The notes beneath the pieces were generated by a model. That model saw nothing but the letters and a program-made list of their open reading frames with translations, was not told the origin of the DNA and did not search any database. DNA of 63,798 nt, the filler included, from Polymyxa betae A26-41 (lineage: Eukaryota > Protista > Endomyxa: Phytomyxea): NCBI GenBank assembly GCA_003693705.1. It is 9 parts of 9 records of this genome, joined end to end, with 100 filler letters (N's around TTAATTAATTAA, not from the genome) between each part and the next. Parts side by side here need not be neighbours in the genome. Positions count along the whole stretch, not along the records: positions 1 to 6,191 come from RBZT01000282.1; positions 6,292 to 12,363 come from RBZT01000928.1; 7 more parts are not named here. The stretch is one strand, 5' to 3'. The translations under genes were made by a program, and so were the position numbers. How positions within the stretch are numbered: the first letter of the stretch is position 1; the number at the start of each line of letters is the position of its first letter. This document shows positions 1 to 12,463 of this stretch, in pieces.

Positions 1-1308
1 CGGAGTCCGTGAATAATTCACATATCTATAAGTTAAATTTAATATTATGCCTCTGTGGTAATATTAGCGTGGTCTCTAAAGCTTGAAACCATTCCTCAAG
101 AATTTTACCAAACCCTAATAAATCGTCAATCCAAACAATGTTTGTTTATCAAGCTCTGAAATACTTCAGACATTCTCGTTAGAAATTGAGTTGCTGAATC
201 CAAAGCGCCTTGAATAGAGCGTTTTGGTGTATCGACCCCTCTATCGGTCATGAACGAAAGCATCTCTCGACACTCTTCAGCTAGTGGCATCATCCAAAAG
301 CCTTTGAATGCATCCAACTTGAACCAGCATCTGGATCCGGCAAAATTATTTACGATAGCTTACGGAAATCTACAAATAGAATCCGTATGTTCCGTTTTTC
401 TCTCCTACGAAATTTCCGTATTTCGTAATATTTTTATTGAAAATTTTCTTTTGATTTGAAAAAAAAATAGAATTTTTTTCAAAAACTTCCGGCGCCAAGC
501 TGGTGAATCGTAATTGCAGTTGTCATGAGAATTATCTAACCATGCCCTGGAGTGCGTTTCAAGCTTACAAGGGCGAAGGATCACACTTCAGCAGCAAAAA
601 ACCGGCGGTACAAAAACAAGTTACTACTTTACAGCGATTCGCGTTTGTTGAACGCATTCCGGAAGAAGCAGCCCAAGACTCAAGTGAAGGCTTCGACGTT
701 AAGAAGAACAGCCAGGTCAGTCAGAGCGATTTGATTGGACCAATCAATGATCAAGGCGTCTTCACCATCCGGTCGCTGGATGTCCTCGACCCGGATGGCA
801 GAGTGGACGTGGTCCGGGCTGTTGGACAAATTTTTCTCTCAAAATTGTTGATGGTCTCAGATCGGTCGACGCCTTACGCGATGATGTTAACAACACCACC
901 AGCGACCAAGACTAGCCTTGTCGTTACGTTGTCCTCAGCTGATCGTCATTGAATCCGCGAGATATCGAGCAGACGAAAACTTTGAGCCGCCATGCAGTGA
1001 GGACCGAGTCAAGTTTGCGAAGTTTGGACGACTCCTGGCCTGAAGAATGTATTTCCAGAGCTGACTTTTTCCCAATACTACGACCGTATAAAGCGACTTT
1101 TCTGTCAATAAGTGTGAAAAAGACATCCATAGATGAGCAATGACGCCGTTTTCATTGGACGGCGTTTTACATTGCCGATGATTCGGTCATTTCTGAAGCA
1201 ATTGCCTGGAAATAAAGCCATTTCTAATAAAGATCCGTATGTTCCGTATTTGGATCTCAGCCGGTGCCGTATATTATTAAAATACGGAATATAAGGAAAA
1301 ATCTGTAT

Positions 1309-1945
1309 TTAAGGAGGCCTGGGCATAGGCCATGCGGTGCTTTCACAAAGTGCCTTAACCCCTCGTAAGTCAACCACCATTCTTCTACTATCATCAGATT
1401 TCTTCACTACGACTACCGGAGAGGCCCACTGCGCGTTCGTATTTTCCTCAATCAGTCCATATTTTATTAATTCCTCGACAAACGATTTAAGAAATTCGCT
1501 ATCGTCAGGACTGTATCTCCGATTGGAACATCTGAACGGCCTCGCGTTCGGCAATAATCGGGTTACAAACGGCGTGACCTTGGCTGGCCCGTCTGGTCCC
1601 ATATTGATTCGCCATACATCTTGGTGCTTTCGCAGCAGCTCCTCTAACCGCAAACACCATGGTTTTGGTAGACCGCTGGCTTCAGCTCTTTCAACCATAC
1701 CATCTAAACCATTTTTTATTTCATCATTTACGGTCATTCTGGCAATTCGAATATCTTTGAGTGCCGTTCCCTCATTATTATCTAGACATCGATGACTCTC
1801 ATCATGAGTCAGCTTGCGTCTTTTCTTCATAATAAGTTCGTCGAGCGCAGTTTTTGGCTCTATTCCGAGCTCCTCTAATAAGTCACTCCCCAGTATAATC
1901 TCATCACTGGGCACGTCCCATATCAGACACTGCCTCTCCCGCGTG
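1309..1945 (-). mobile_element. Ty3/Gypsy pol fragment (end of protease to start of RT)
   Basis: EIILGSDLL protease C-terminus, then RPFRCSNRRYSP...WASPVVVVKK...RMVVDLRGV...WPMP, the Gypsy RT N-terminal motifs; truncated. Confidence 0.9.
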
Positions 1946-2084
1946 TGATTAAACAGAGAGCTCCGGGGGCCGCGCCTTCCCCAGTGCTCTCAACTTTTTT
2001 TAAAAACTCTTTTGATTATAGAAAGTTTTTTAAAATTCCATTGGCTGCGCTGGTGCACTACGTTTGGTGAACTTGGTTTTTTCG

Positions 2085-5000
2085 TCAATACGATTGTTGG
2101 AAATAAAAAGATTTCGACTGTTTATTTGATAACAAAATAGTGGCTTGGCTTAAGTAAGCACCACTGTGTCTTTCAAAGGGCGGAAGTGATGAGTCAACCC
2201 TGCATATTTCAAAACAGGAACATGAATACTTCCAAAGGATACATGCGATATTGATATCCATGGCTACGGTTTCAACTGCTGGCAGACTAACTTCATCCGG
2301 CAACCGGGTTGTTCTCTGATCAGGGTTTACCAAGACGATTTCAAGCTCTACCTGGTGTGGAAGGATCTTCCATCGGTGTGGCCCTACACCGAACACGCCA
2401 CCAGGTCCAGTTTTAATTAATCCCTGAACACAGATATCCTCAGACAAGCTAAGGCTTACCAGAACGGGATCGTCAATTCGTAGATTCTGGACAGGCATCA
2501 TCACAGACGGGAAAGGAAACTCAAGCCATTCGTCGCTAGAAATAGGTTGTGGAAGAGCGTCACGAGGAACGTAATCGGATAGAGGCTGAATCGGGTTAAA
2601 CTGTTCCTCTGACATCAGCAGCTCTGACGCTCGATCAAGATCGATCAGCTGAATCCACACCGGATGTGAAGCATAACCAGACACGATCCCTTGCTGATCC
2701 ACAACGATGGCCTCCAGAACCTCATCGTCGCTGTGAGTCAGTTCGACTGGCCGACCTTGCAATACATCACTTCCGACTGGTAAATCTCCTGAAATACGAA
2801 ATACGATAAGAAAGCATAAAAGTATTAAGGTTTAAAAGATCAATTGAAAAGTATATACAATTATATAACAAAATTGATACAAAGTGTATACAATTAACTA
2901 ACAAAAACTAGAGCTATAGGATGGATTTACCTTCGTCAGAATCATTCTCGCAGGATGGATATTGACTTTCCATTTCTGCCCCATCAAGCATTTCCCTGAT
3001 GGTCGCAGTCTGTGCAGATGAAGGCGCCCGCAGTCTCCTGCTGTGTTTTGTTTTTCTTGTTTTTTTTGGGAAACCGAACTTGTCGTTGGGTAACAGCACG
3101 CGAATGCAATGACTGCTTCTCTCCAAAGCAAACATCATTCTGAATAGTGACAGGATTTGAAACCTTGGAAAGATGGAGTTTCATAGCAGACTGAAGCTGC
3201 TTTATCTTCAGAACATCAGCACAAGATGTCGGCTTGGATTCAGAGCACAACAGGAAGTTCCGTATCATGTCTGATATTTCCTATAACACGATCGATATCA
3301 GAAAGCAAAGCCATGTCACTTAATACAAATCACCATCTGGGCATCTAATACGTCTTCGGCCAGGCGTTCAAAATTTACATCTCGATTGTTAGATTCTGTC
3401 ATAATGGGAGGAGCCGCAGTTTCAACTGACAAATCAATTTGCTTCTCTGACTGATTATCCTGCAAAGGATTGATGAAAATGGAGTTAGGAGACCATTTAC
3501 ACATTTTGATTGAAACGGAGAGAATGTGTTTGCATGTAAATCCGTTCTGGTAGTCAAAGCATCCGCAGTGGAAGACGTGTCTGCAGGCACTTCCGCATAG
3601 TTTATATGCAGAACAAGGGCCTTGATTCACGAATTCTTGGTATTCGTCATCTGGTGATTCGATTTCACCCGAAACTTGCTGATGTTGCTGGTAAGCACTG
3701 CCTGGGCAAACAAACACACCCTCAATCTGCGGAGCAGTCGAAATACGGCGAACAATATAGATCGGGTTATTTCTATCGTCAGATTCCGAAGGAACCGACC
3801 AGATTCCTTCTGTTGACGAAACCACAGAATCAATATTCATGCTTGCAGTTCGACGTATGCGTTCTCTCAAACTTCGAGGTATTCCCTCGTAGTCGAGGCC
3901 CACTTCTCGTCTGTACAGACAATCAGAACCAGCCGATGGCAAGCAAGGGAAGATAATTACCGCTTATATTTCATGAAGTAATCGAATTCCATTTCTAGCA
4001 GAATTTCGATCAGCCCATCGCATCGACGCTGCCTTTTCCCTGCCAAAACATTGCATTGGTATACATATCTCATAATTAGCAATGTTTAACACTGTACCTT
4101 CCATGTACACGTGTTTCACGACTCTGTGAAACGATTCTGGATGTGCAGTTGTATCGGGCATCTCTGGATTGCGAAAGCATAGAGCCCATTTTTCAATTCT
4201 GCCCGCATAATACGTGTTGAAATAGGATTTAAACTCATCAGGCAGCTGACAAATAAATTTCGGCAACATCGATTCGAAAGAATACCTATCGCGCTCCCAG
4301 CGAAGGACGCAAAGTTGGTGATAAATTTTCTGTCGTAGATCTGCGTCCCTAACTTTTTTCCGAAGCTAATGTTCTACATTCAGCGAAAACAACTTTACAG
4401 TACTTTCTGTGTCACCTGCTGTTTCCAGTTCTTGTCAATATGCCAAGTACAGAGGAAGTGATTTTTCAGTGTGTCACCAAAGACATCACTAGCGACGTTC
4501 CATGATGTAGCATCATCATCCGATAGAAGAGTTGCCGGTCGGAGTCCAGGAACAGTAGCCTGGTAATCATTATAAGAATCGACATCAATTGATTGATAAT
4601 CTCAAAGTACCTTAACGGTTTCAAACATCGCTTTAATGCACTTTTCTTTTTCTGAAGGTGCTATACAGAACGCAACGGGATATCCAGAATTTGCTGACGG
4701 ATCAACGACAATTAACGTGATTAGCTTGAAGCCGTAAGGTGTTGTGTCGTGAGTTGCATCGATGGCGAGAAAGGTTCCAAATTTCTCGAGCATTTCCTTC
4801 ATGAATTTGGTAATTATCACAATGAAGAGCTCATCCTTTTCAAACCCAAACCCTGTATCGTCATCGATACCGCCGGCTGCTTTCAAGTTAATGAAGATTG
4901 CTTAGCTTGATTCAAATCAAAATATACCTTTATAACATCGAACGCAGTTGAAACTTTCCATCGTTAAATTTTGAACAAGGTCATGGACGGCTGTGGCGTT

Positions 5001-5860
5001 ATCGCTGTCTCTTCCAGCTAATCGCTCCAGTCTTCTAATTCGAATGCGAATATCTGCTTTCCGTACAAACATCGATCGCGTGGAAGTCTAAAAAGTAATT
5101 GTTTATTATTCCTGACCGTTGAACGAATAAGAGCTAGTCTGTTACTTACCTGGAACGCAGCATCCCGGGAATTGCGATCTCGTAAAGCAGCATTCAAATC
5201 CTTGATAATTCGAAGAGCCGGAACTCCATTGAGTATCATTGTATCTATAGTTTTCAAAACCGCATGACCCAATCGTAATACATTGTGATGATCGGTCGCT
5301 GGATCATGACCGGTATGAATTTGATAATATGTTGCTGACATGCTTCATCAGGATGAATTACAGCCCAAAACCTGGACATACAGTTTTCGTCAAGCTTAAC
5401 GGAACCGTGAGACCGGATTAAACGTTCGGTTCTGCTCTCCTTATGATGTCGCGATTAGGCAGAGCGACGACAAACAAAAATTACCAAAACGTCTTTGTTT
5501 TTCAAAGTTTCCCTCCCTCGGACCTGGGCATATTGGGCTTGTTCAATAGATCCGATATACTTTCGCAGCAGATCTTCTGAAGGAAACTCTAAAATTTTAA
5601 CCGGATTAACGCCATGACCCTTATTGGCGATTCAGCGAAATAAACCAAATCGGATAAACTATATAAAAGGGCAAACTGTTTTGTAATGAAGAGCAAGGTC
5701 TTCGGCTTTTTTGAATATATGGTCTTCACATTCCTCACAATGGAAGTTGCCTTCTTCCGGTGCATGTTGCTCCTGCGAATGTTTTTCTGCAATATGGCCA
5801 TCCAGCGTACGCTGATGAGTATAGACACTATCGCAAAAAGGGCATGGAATGTTTGGGCGC
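2085..5860 (-). mobile_element. Intron-containing MULE (Mutator-like) transposase gene with N-terminal C2H2 fingers, DDE core, SWIM finger and an extra C-terminal exon; partly degraded
   Basis: C2H2 CPFCDSVYTHQRTLDGHIAEKH (~5780-5850); YYQIHTGH DNA-binding module; IDATHDTTPYGFKLITLIVVD..GYPVAFCI; LLSDDD; FLCTWHIDKNW (CxxH); DTTAHPESFH (catalytic E region); SWIM CGCFDYQNGFTCKH. Short GT-AG introns lie between the ORF pieces; some stops and frameshifts. Confidence 0.88.
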
Positions 5861-5904
5861 TCAGCGTCTCTTTGATGCTGTTGAGAAATGTGACGTTTGA
5901 GTTA

Positions 5905-5968
5905 TTTACGATAGACTCCAGAAATGGCATAGGCCATGCGGTGCTTTCACAAAGAGCGTTAACCCCTC
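5905..5968 (-). mobile_element. Short Gypsy RT fragment, same family as 1309-1945
   Basis: GGCATAGGCCATGCGGTGCTTTCACAAAG is identical to ~1322-1350; encodes ALCESTAWPMPFLESIVN. Confidence 0.75.
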
Positions 5969-6191
5969 TGTATCAGATTTATTAAAAATTACATAAAACT
6001 TCTGATTTTCCCAAAAATAGCGTACGCAGTTTGATGGAACTGCGTCCGCAATAAGACTCGAAGACTGACGCATAAATCTGATGCGTACTAAAGATGCGAA
6101 CATTGATGAAGTATGAAGACCTACTCTAATAATATTGGGCTCGACTCCCAGAGGTCCGTACGGACACCGTACGGACTGAGCTGAATGAAGC
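5969..6191 (-). repeat. LTR-like repeat family A, copy 1 (partial)
   Basis: Shares the TGTATCAGATTTATTAA terminus and internal motifs (GCGTACGCAGTTTGA, GGCTCGAC, GAGGTCCGTACG) with 12019-12319 and 16139-16355. Confidence 0.7.
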
Positions 6192-6235
6192 NNNNNNNNN
6201 NNNNNNNNNNNNNNNNNNNNNNNNNNNNNNNNNNN

Positions 6236-6247
6236 TTAATTAATTAA
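6236..6247. other. Synthetic contig-joining linker TTAATTAATTAA within N runs (also at 12408, 25297, 39400, 44844, 48514, 56488, 60531)
   Basis: The same all-frame-stop 12-mer, centred in N blocks, occurs 8 times. Confidence 0.97.
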
Positions 6248-6290
6248 NNNNNNNNNNNNNNNNNNNNNNNNNNNNNNNNNNNNNNNNNNN

Positions 6291-7966
6291 NACCGAAGAC
6301 CTAATCGAACATGCCAGGGTACAGCCACTATCTCGAGAGAAATTCGTCTGGCCAGACATGAATGAGATCGCTGATGAGCAGCGAAAATTCCTGAACGATC
6401 AGAAGGACCTGATACGCAACCAGGATGGGTTATTTGTCGATAGCAATAACCGTGTGGTGATCCCAACGCAAAGTGAAGCACTCAAGTTGCGCTTGTGTAT
6501 AATTGCACATGCGGGGTGTAATAGCGGGCATATCGNNNNNNNNNNNNNNNNNNNNNGCGATTGGTCTGCTGACCGAAAGGTTTTACTGGGCTAATATGAG
6601 GAGAGATATGCAAAGTGTCTGCAAATCATGTCTCCATTGTTTACCGACGCGAAGTGGTTTCCGTAAGCCGCGACCGCTGGGTGAAGCGTGTCATGGCAAT
6701 GAAAAAGGACAGGTTATTCACTTTGATTACCTGTATGTCTATCCCAAGAAGGAGAATGCCTATCATGATTTTGAATGGCTGCTTGTCATTCGTGATGACT
6801 ATTCCGGCATGGTAATGTTAACTCCAGCGGAAAAGCCGAACACGATCACAACCGTAGATGCATTGATGCAATGGCGATCATGGTTTGGGCGCACTGAGGT
6901 TTTTGTTTCAGAACAAGCTTCATATTTTGTGTCACAGACAATGCAAGAGTTTGCGCGTCAATGCAACACGCGACAGCATTGGGCAACTGCATACTCGCAC
7001 TATCCGAATGGCTCTATTGAAGTTATCAATAAGCATTTCTTGGCCCTGTTACGAGCGTTGATATCAGAGCTCAGATGGAACAAGGAAGACTGGCCTTGGT
7101 TGGTTAAGCTAGTGGAACACACTTTGAACCACAGACCACAAGCCAGACTGGGAGGATTGGCGCCATACACGGTACGGACAGCCTGATAATCCATTAGACA
7201 TTGTTTTCCATGATCCGTCAAATGTGCTTTTGGACAGAAAGCAAATCCAAGAAGAACGTATTCGGAAGTATGTGGAAGAGTTGCAATCAGTATGGATCAT
7301 ATGCATAAGATCATTGATGAAGCTACTGAGCGTGAGCGCCTAGCACACCGAAAGCACAGCATTAAGCGACAGAATCCTAACTTTGGACTTGGTGACTATG
7401 TCTTAGTCGGGGTTCCAGAGAAGAGACATGGGCAGAAGTTGTCGCTGAACTGGCGTGGGCCATATCGTGTGGTTGATCTGTTAAATGGTTTTGTTTTTCA
7501 AATCGAAAACATTGTAACCAGAGCGAGACAACAAGTGCACGGAGATCGGCTGCAGTTCTATGCAGATAATATGTTGAATGTTACCGAGGATATCAAAACG
7601 CAGTTTGCTTTTGATAATGCATCCTTTGACATTGACAAAGTGATCGACATGCGTATGCATGAAGAGACTGGCGAACTCCAGCTGTTAATCCAATGGAAAG
7701 GATTTTCAGAGGCTGAAAACTCCTGGGAACCAGCTACCTCAATTAATGCAGATGCACCTGCGTTGGTTAAGTTGTATCATGCTCGAAACAAATCACATCA
7801 GTATGCCACTGAACTTAAAAAGATTATTTCGGGGACTAAGGCTAGCATGCGGAAATGAATTCAAGTTCGAATTTGGAATCCGGCTCACAGAGCGGTTTAG
7901 CTATGAAAATTAGTCGCAAGGTGAACTTGCCTTGGGGGAGGTAGTGTGTAGTGAGGCGGTCTCACA
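6291..7966 (+). mobile_element. Ty3/Gypsy chromovirus 3' part: integrase, chromodomain, PPT and start of 3' LTR
   Basis: HHCC (AHAG..GH...CKSCLHC), IHFDYLY, YPNGSIEVIN, WRGPYRV (GPY/F module), chromodomain IDKVIDMR..LLIQWKGFSEAENSWEP; purine tract GGGGGAGGTAG followed by TG near 7945. Confidence 0.93.
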
Positions 7967-8133
7967 NNNNNNNNNNNNNNNNNNNNNNNNNNNNNNNNNN
8001 NNNNNNNNNNNNNNNNNNNNNNNNNNNNNNNNNNNNNNNNNNNNNNNNNNNNNNNNNNNNNNNNNNNNNNNNNNNNNNNNNNNNNNNNNNNNNNNNNNNN
8101 NNNNNNNNNNNNNNNNNNNNNNNNNNNNNNNNN

Positions 8134-9733
8134 AATCATATTCAATTGTGCTCTCAATTGTAAAGCCTTTGTTCACGTAGGAGACAAACGACACAATGGA
8201 CTGTTCAAATTCCTGACCAAAGGACGCTTCGGTACAGAGAGCAACGCAAGATGTTTTCAACGTGCATTGTATTCGCTTTTCGACAAGCTTTCGGAATGCT
8301 TTTCCTCCGTCATCAAGCGATCGCGTCTTGAGATTCTACAAATGCAGTTAGCCGAAGCGTTAACTTTGCTGGAAGAGGTGTGCTGATCAAACCGGTTTGT
8401 TAACATATAGCTGATTGATAACTTCAGCAAGTACCAAGTATGTTGATGACGCTGCCTGTACATTTTGTCCTGCATGTTGTTGGGCATATCTTTCAAGATT
8501 TAGGGCCATTAACCGATTCTTCAAGGAGTTTCTGGTCTGAAAGGTTTATACGACCTGCAAAGTCCATGAGCCATGCAACTAAAGGTCAGTCAGTCAATAT
8601 TATGAGTAATTATGCAGATCAGGGCGTTATCGCATGCTTCAGGTAAAGCGGGAGTCTAATCAATCCCGAAAATTGAATTTTGAATAGGCATGAACATCAT
8701 GGGACTTTCACTCACAGTGCAGAAAGAGTTTGGACTAAAACTGCAGATCTTGATGACGACCATACACGACACGTTGGCCAGGAGACAGCGGTGCATTTCA
8801 AGCAAGAAGATTTACAGCTTGGTATAAAGATGCTCCACGAAAAAAGTACAATCACTGATTGGAATTAAAGGTCGGCTGCACGAAGCATTGTTCTTATCAG
8901 TGGAGGATTACAGGAATGCAACTATGTCACTGTATTCAAGTCTTCAAAGACCATTCAATGATTCAAAGCTACAGCATCACGCAATGGCGTTATTTCAGCA
9001 AAACAAGAGCCTACTGATCCAGTTTCTCAAAGAACATGGATTTGACCATTCGTTAATTGCAGCGTTACAAGGTAAGCAAGCTCATCAGTAGGTAGTTAGT
9101 AGATTTCATCATACCTGTCATGTTCGAATTGTGGTTCTGGCTTTTAATAAAGCGATTGCATCATTGTCAATATTACAGATATATTCTCACATTGTTAGCT
9201 TCGAAGTTTATTTGAATTATCATTCAAAATCAGTCGAAATTGAATAAATTGCCATTTTCGGATACTTGAGAATCTTAAATCCTGTTGAAAATATTGCCTT
9301 AGGCGATTTTGTCACTTCGTCCCATGTAATGCACCGGGGAAGGCTTTTTCGTTCACAACGTTATGAACGCAAACGAGTCCTAAAGACTAGTAACCATATG
9401 ATGCAAGTTCGAGTGGCCATATCATCGTCCAAAAATTCAATTTGGTATGCCGCCGCTGACTTCTTCACATCAATCAACATCAGGGACGACGCTACACCGA
9501 TATGCTTAGCGTTTGTCGAATGGTACCGGTCTCCAACTAAGCGTCGTTCGGGATACGATGAAGATGATGAGACTTCACTGCATAGAATATATCCTATGAC
9601 TCCCTCAGAGAACAAAGGATGGTGTCGATGGGTATTCATAGAGAATGATGAGCCTGTGAATATAATGCTTGGAAAGATAGGTCAGACAGGATACTATGCT
9701 ATACGAACAGGACGAGCTGAGGAACTGAGCTAA
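8134..9733 (+). mobile_element. CACTA/En-Spm-like transposase 3' remnant
   Basis: TLPVHFVLHVVGHIFQDLGPL...SFWSERF matches the CACTA H..H..I...GP....F..ER motif; downstream LFRSQRY...NHMMQV...LAFVEWY; broken by stops. Confidence 0.65.
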
Positions 9734-10076
9734 CTCTAATCCATAAAAATCCAAAGTATGTTTATTTCTTCAAAAAACTTATTCAGAACAGCTGATTGTG
9801 CCAGTTAGAATTTGGAAAGCGAAAAAGAAATAATAACACAAGGAAAGATACTGAAAACCCATTTTGAAACTAAATTGGAAAAAAAAAAGTTCCTCTATAA
9901 GCCAATCTTAGCATTTACAGCCAATATTAGCCAATAGTGCAATCCTTACACAGAGCTTATGCTATCTTACATAGCTGAAGGCCAGCAACTAGTTAGGCTA
10001 TCCATTCTAGGTCTTTCAGCTTGGCCTTGGCTTGAATCGTCTTCGACTTCAGAGCATCGAGAGCATCGTCAACAAT

Positions 10077-10440
10077 GCCTTGGATTCGCTTCTTCTATAA
10101 ACAGCATTTCCGACTCGTCAGTCTTGTCGACTATGATTTGGACATGCTCAGCTGCCTCTTCATCGTAGTCTCAGCATCGGGTGCATCATCGTCGCTAACA
10201 GCGCCGTCATATTCATAGCACTTGTTGAATCTTATGGCTTTGAAGAGTTACAAAGCCTTGGATTCGATTCTTCTATAAACAGCTCTTCCGAAACGTCAAT
10301 CTTGTCGACTCTAACTTGGCCATGCTCAGCTGCCTCTTCGTCGTAGTCTCAGCATCGGGTGCATCATCATCGGGTGCATCATCGTCGCTAACAGCGCCGT
10401 CATATTCATAGCACTTATTGAATCTTATCGCCTAGAAGAG
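10077..10440. repeat. Tandem duplication, two units of about 178 bp
   Basis: GCCTTGGATTCG...GCTAACAGCGCCGTCATATTCATAGCAC repeats at 10077 and 10255; copy 2 has an extra internal ATCGGGTGCATC duplication. Confidence 0.9.
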
Positions 10441-11739
10441 GCGAATTATGATGATCGAGTCCTTGTAGATGAAAGCTTGATGAGAGCCGCTCTATGTCGA
10501 ATATGGAACCGATCCGAATCGATTAAACTGTCTGGTGTCCGGTTGGAATCATCCAGCACGGCAAGAGTCACAAGACGACAAATCGGGACCGGTACGCCCC
10601 CCTTGGTTTAGAATCACACAGTATCAGCAGCAGCAACAACGATCGAAACCCCTGAGCACCATTCGATCAACAATAATGCAAACCCAACTAGCCTTATTAA
10701 CGATATAATTCATAAAAAAACTGTAATTGAAAAAGAGACAAGCAATTAAAGATAGATAGATACGATAGATGAAGTATAAATCAAAATTAATATCTCTCCA
10801 AATGGATACTTATATCGGAAAGCAAGTATGGATGATTTCCCAAGCTCTCGGCTAGACTCTGGGCTCAACAGCCTCGCGTCATCATTGCGCCTGGCCACTG
10901 AGGGCGGTGGCCAAGCGGAATGATGACACGGTGCCATTGAGCCCGGAACCCGAGAGCGAAGCTCATCTCCGACGACCGCTCCATCGTCAAGCTAGCTATC
11001 TATGGTGGCACGGCGGCTTGAATATCTGGACAGCGTAGCTGGCTTGACGATGTGGAGAGGGCGCTGGCACCATGATCACGACGATGACGTTTTCTCCACG
11101 ATCAGGACCGCGGGCCCGTCCATGATTAGAACGGATGCGGATGCTCCATGACTATATAATGAAGACGATGTCGGGTCTGCGGTCAGGTCGATCAAATGGT
11201 GTCACACCTCAACCTTATGAAATCATCGATATGATTAGGTATCGTTGATATCGATCGGATAGTAGAGGCACATCCAGTCATAAACCTGGTTTCTATAAAT
11301 TAGCAAAATTTGATGTGATTTTCCAAAAGCTTTCGTAGTTTTATTGACTTCGTAATTGGCTAATTGCAAATATAATACTGATATTGATTTGCCGCAATTT
11401 GCAGCCTGATTTCGTATTGAATGCAGACCATACATCCATGTGACCAGTTCCGCCGCGCAATTCTAAAAATTCGCAGGGGAAACGCCGGCTGGATCTAAAA
11501 GGCAGTCAATCGCCAGGAATCCGCAGAAATATGCGGAAAACGCATTCCAAAGCAGGCTTGCGCAGTTCCGGTGCCACGACCCGGAAAGGATTGAGACCCT
11601 GCTAACAATACCGCAGCCCAAAACTGCGCGAGACCTGCCGCAATTTCTCATGGTTACCCAGTGGATCAGCCGATCGATTCCAGAATATAATAAGACAGTT
11701 AGATGCTTAAAAGGTATATTGAATTAAAGAATCAATGAA

Positions 11740-11975
11740 GAACCAGCCCGCACGAACGAAGAGCGTAGCGAGACAAGTTCGCTTATCGAAGTATGGCTGG
11801 GGCTGGCAGCATGCGCTGGCTTTCGAGAAGCTGAAGACCGCGATTGCTTATCGTACAAAACTTTCATTTCCAAGAGATGATATGATTCAGTGAATGTTCA
11901 CTGGTGCGAATGAATATAATACATCTGGAATGGTTACACAAATTCCGATTGAAGATTGTAGCAAGTCTATTAAAT
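11740..11975 (+). mobile_element. Gypsy RT/RNase H connection remnant
   Basis: Translates to YGWGWQHALAFEKLKTAIAYRTKLSFPRDDMIQ*MFTGANEY..SGMVTQIP. Confidence 0.7.
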
Positions 11976-11978
11976 TGA

Positions 11979-12018
11979 TGTTACAGTTGCAATGATGAAT
12001 GCAGAATGATTATATTAG
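11979..12018. repeat. LTR-like repeat family B terminus, interrupted by a family A copy
   Basis: TGTTA..TTGCAATGATGAATGCAGAATGA.TATATTAG matches 44585 onward. Confidence 0.65.
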
Positions 12019-12319
12019 TGTATCAGATTTATTAAGATAATATAAAATTCTGAATTCCCAAAAAACAGCGTACGCAGTTTGACGAACTGCGCACNNNNNN
12101 NNNNNNNNNNNNNNNNNNNNNNNNNNNNNNNNNNNNNNCGTACCTTAATATTAATAGGCTCGACCCACGAGAGGTCCGTACGTCCTCTGTACGGCATCCG
12201 TACGGACCGAGCTGGATTTGGGTCCTGGGATTCGAGCTGGAATAAATCAGAGTTGATAACGAGCTGTAATTCGTGTGTGTCAATTTAGTAGCGTATCGCG
12301 ATTGGAGGATCCGCTCCAA
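12019..12319 (-). repeat. LTR-like repeat family A, copy 2
   Basis: Near-identical reverse complement of 16139-16355; begins with the hairpin TTGGAG-CGGATC-CTCCAA and ends AATAAATCTGATACA. Confidence 0.8.
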
Positions 12320-12463
12320 AGAATTCTTTGAGGGCTAACATCAAGCAAGAAGATGAGAGGACGNNNNNNNNNNNNNNNNNNNNNNNNNNNNNNNNNNNNN
12401 NNNNNNNTTAATTAATTAANNNNNNNNNNNNNNNNNNNNNNNNNNNNNNNNNNNNNNNNNNNN

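Noticed and set aside
126-1300. Short ORFs and repeated ATCCGTATGTTCCGT motif
   Set aside because: No recognisable domain; probably a TE remnant, but not supportable.
1309-5968. MULE as a simple insertion splitting one Gypsy element
   Set aside because: The two Gypsy pieces overlap in the same RT segment instead of being contiguous halves; no TIR or TSD pair found.
6192-6290. Recurrent TTAATTAATTAA motif inside N runs
   Set aside because: Synthetic scaffolding linker; gene order across these eight joins carries no biological meaning.
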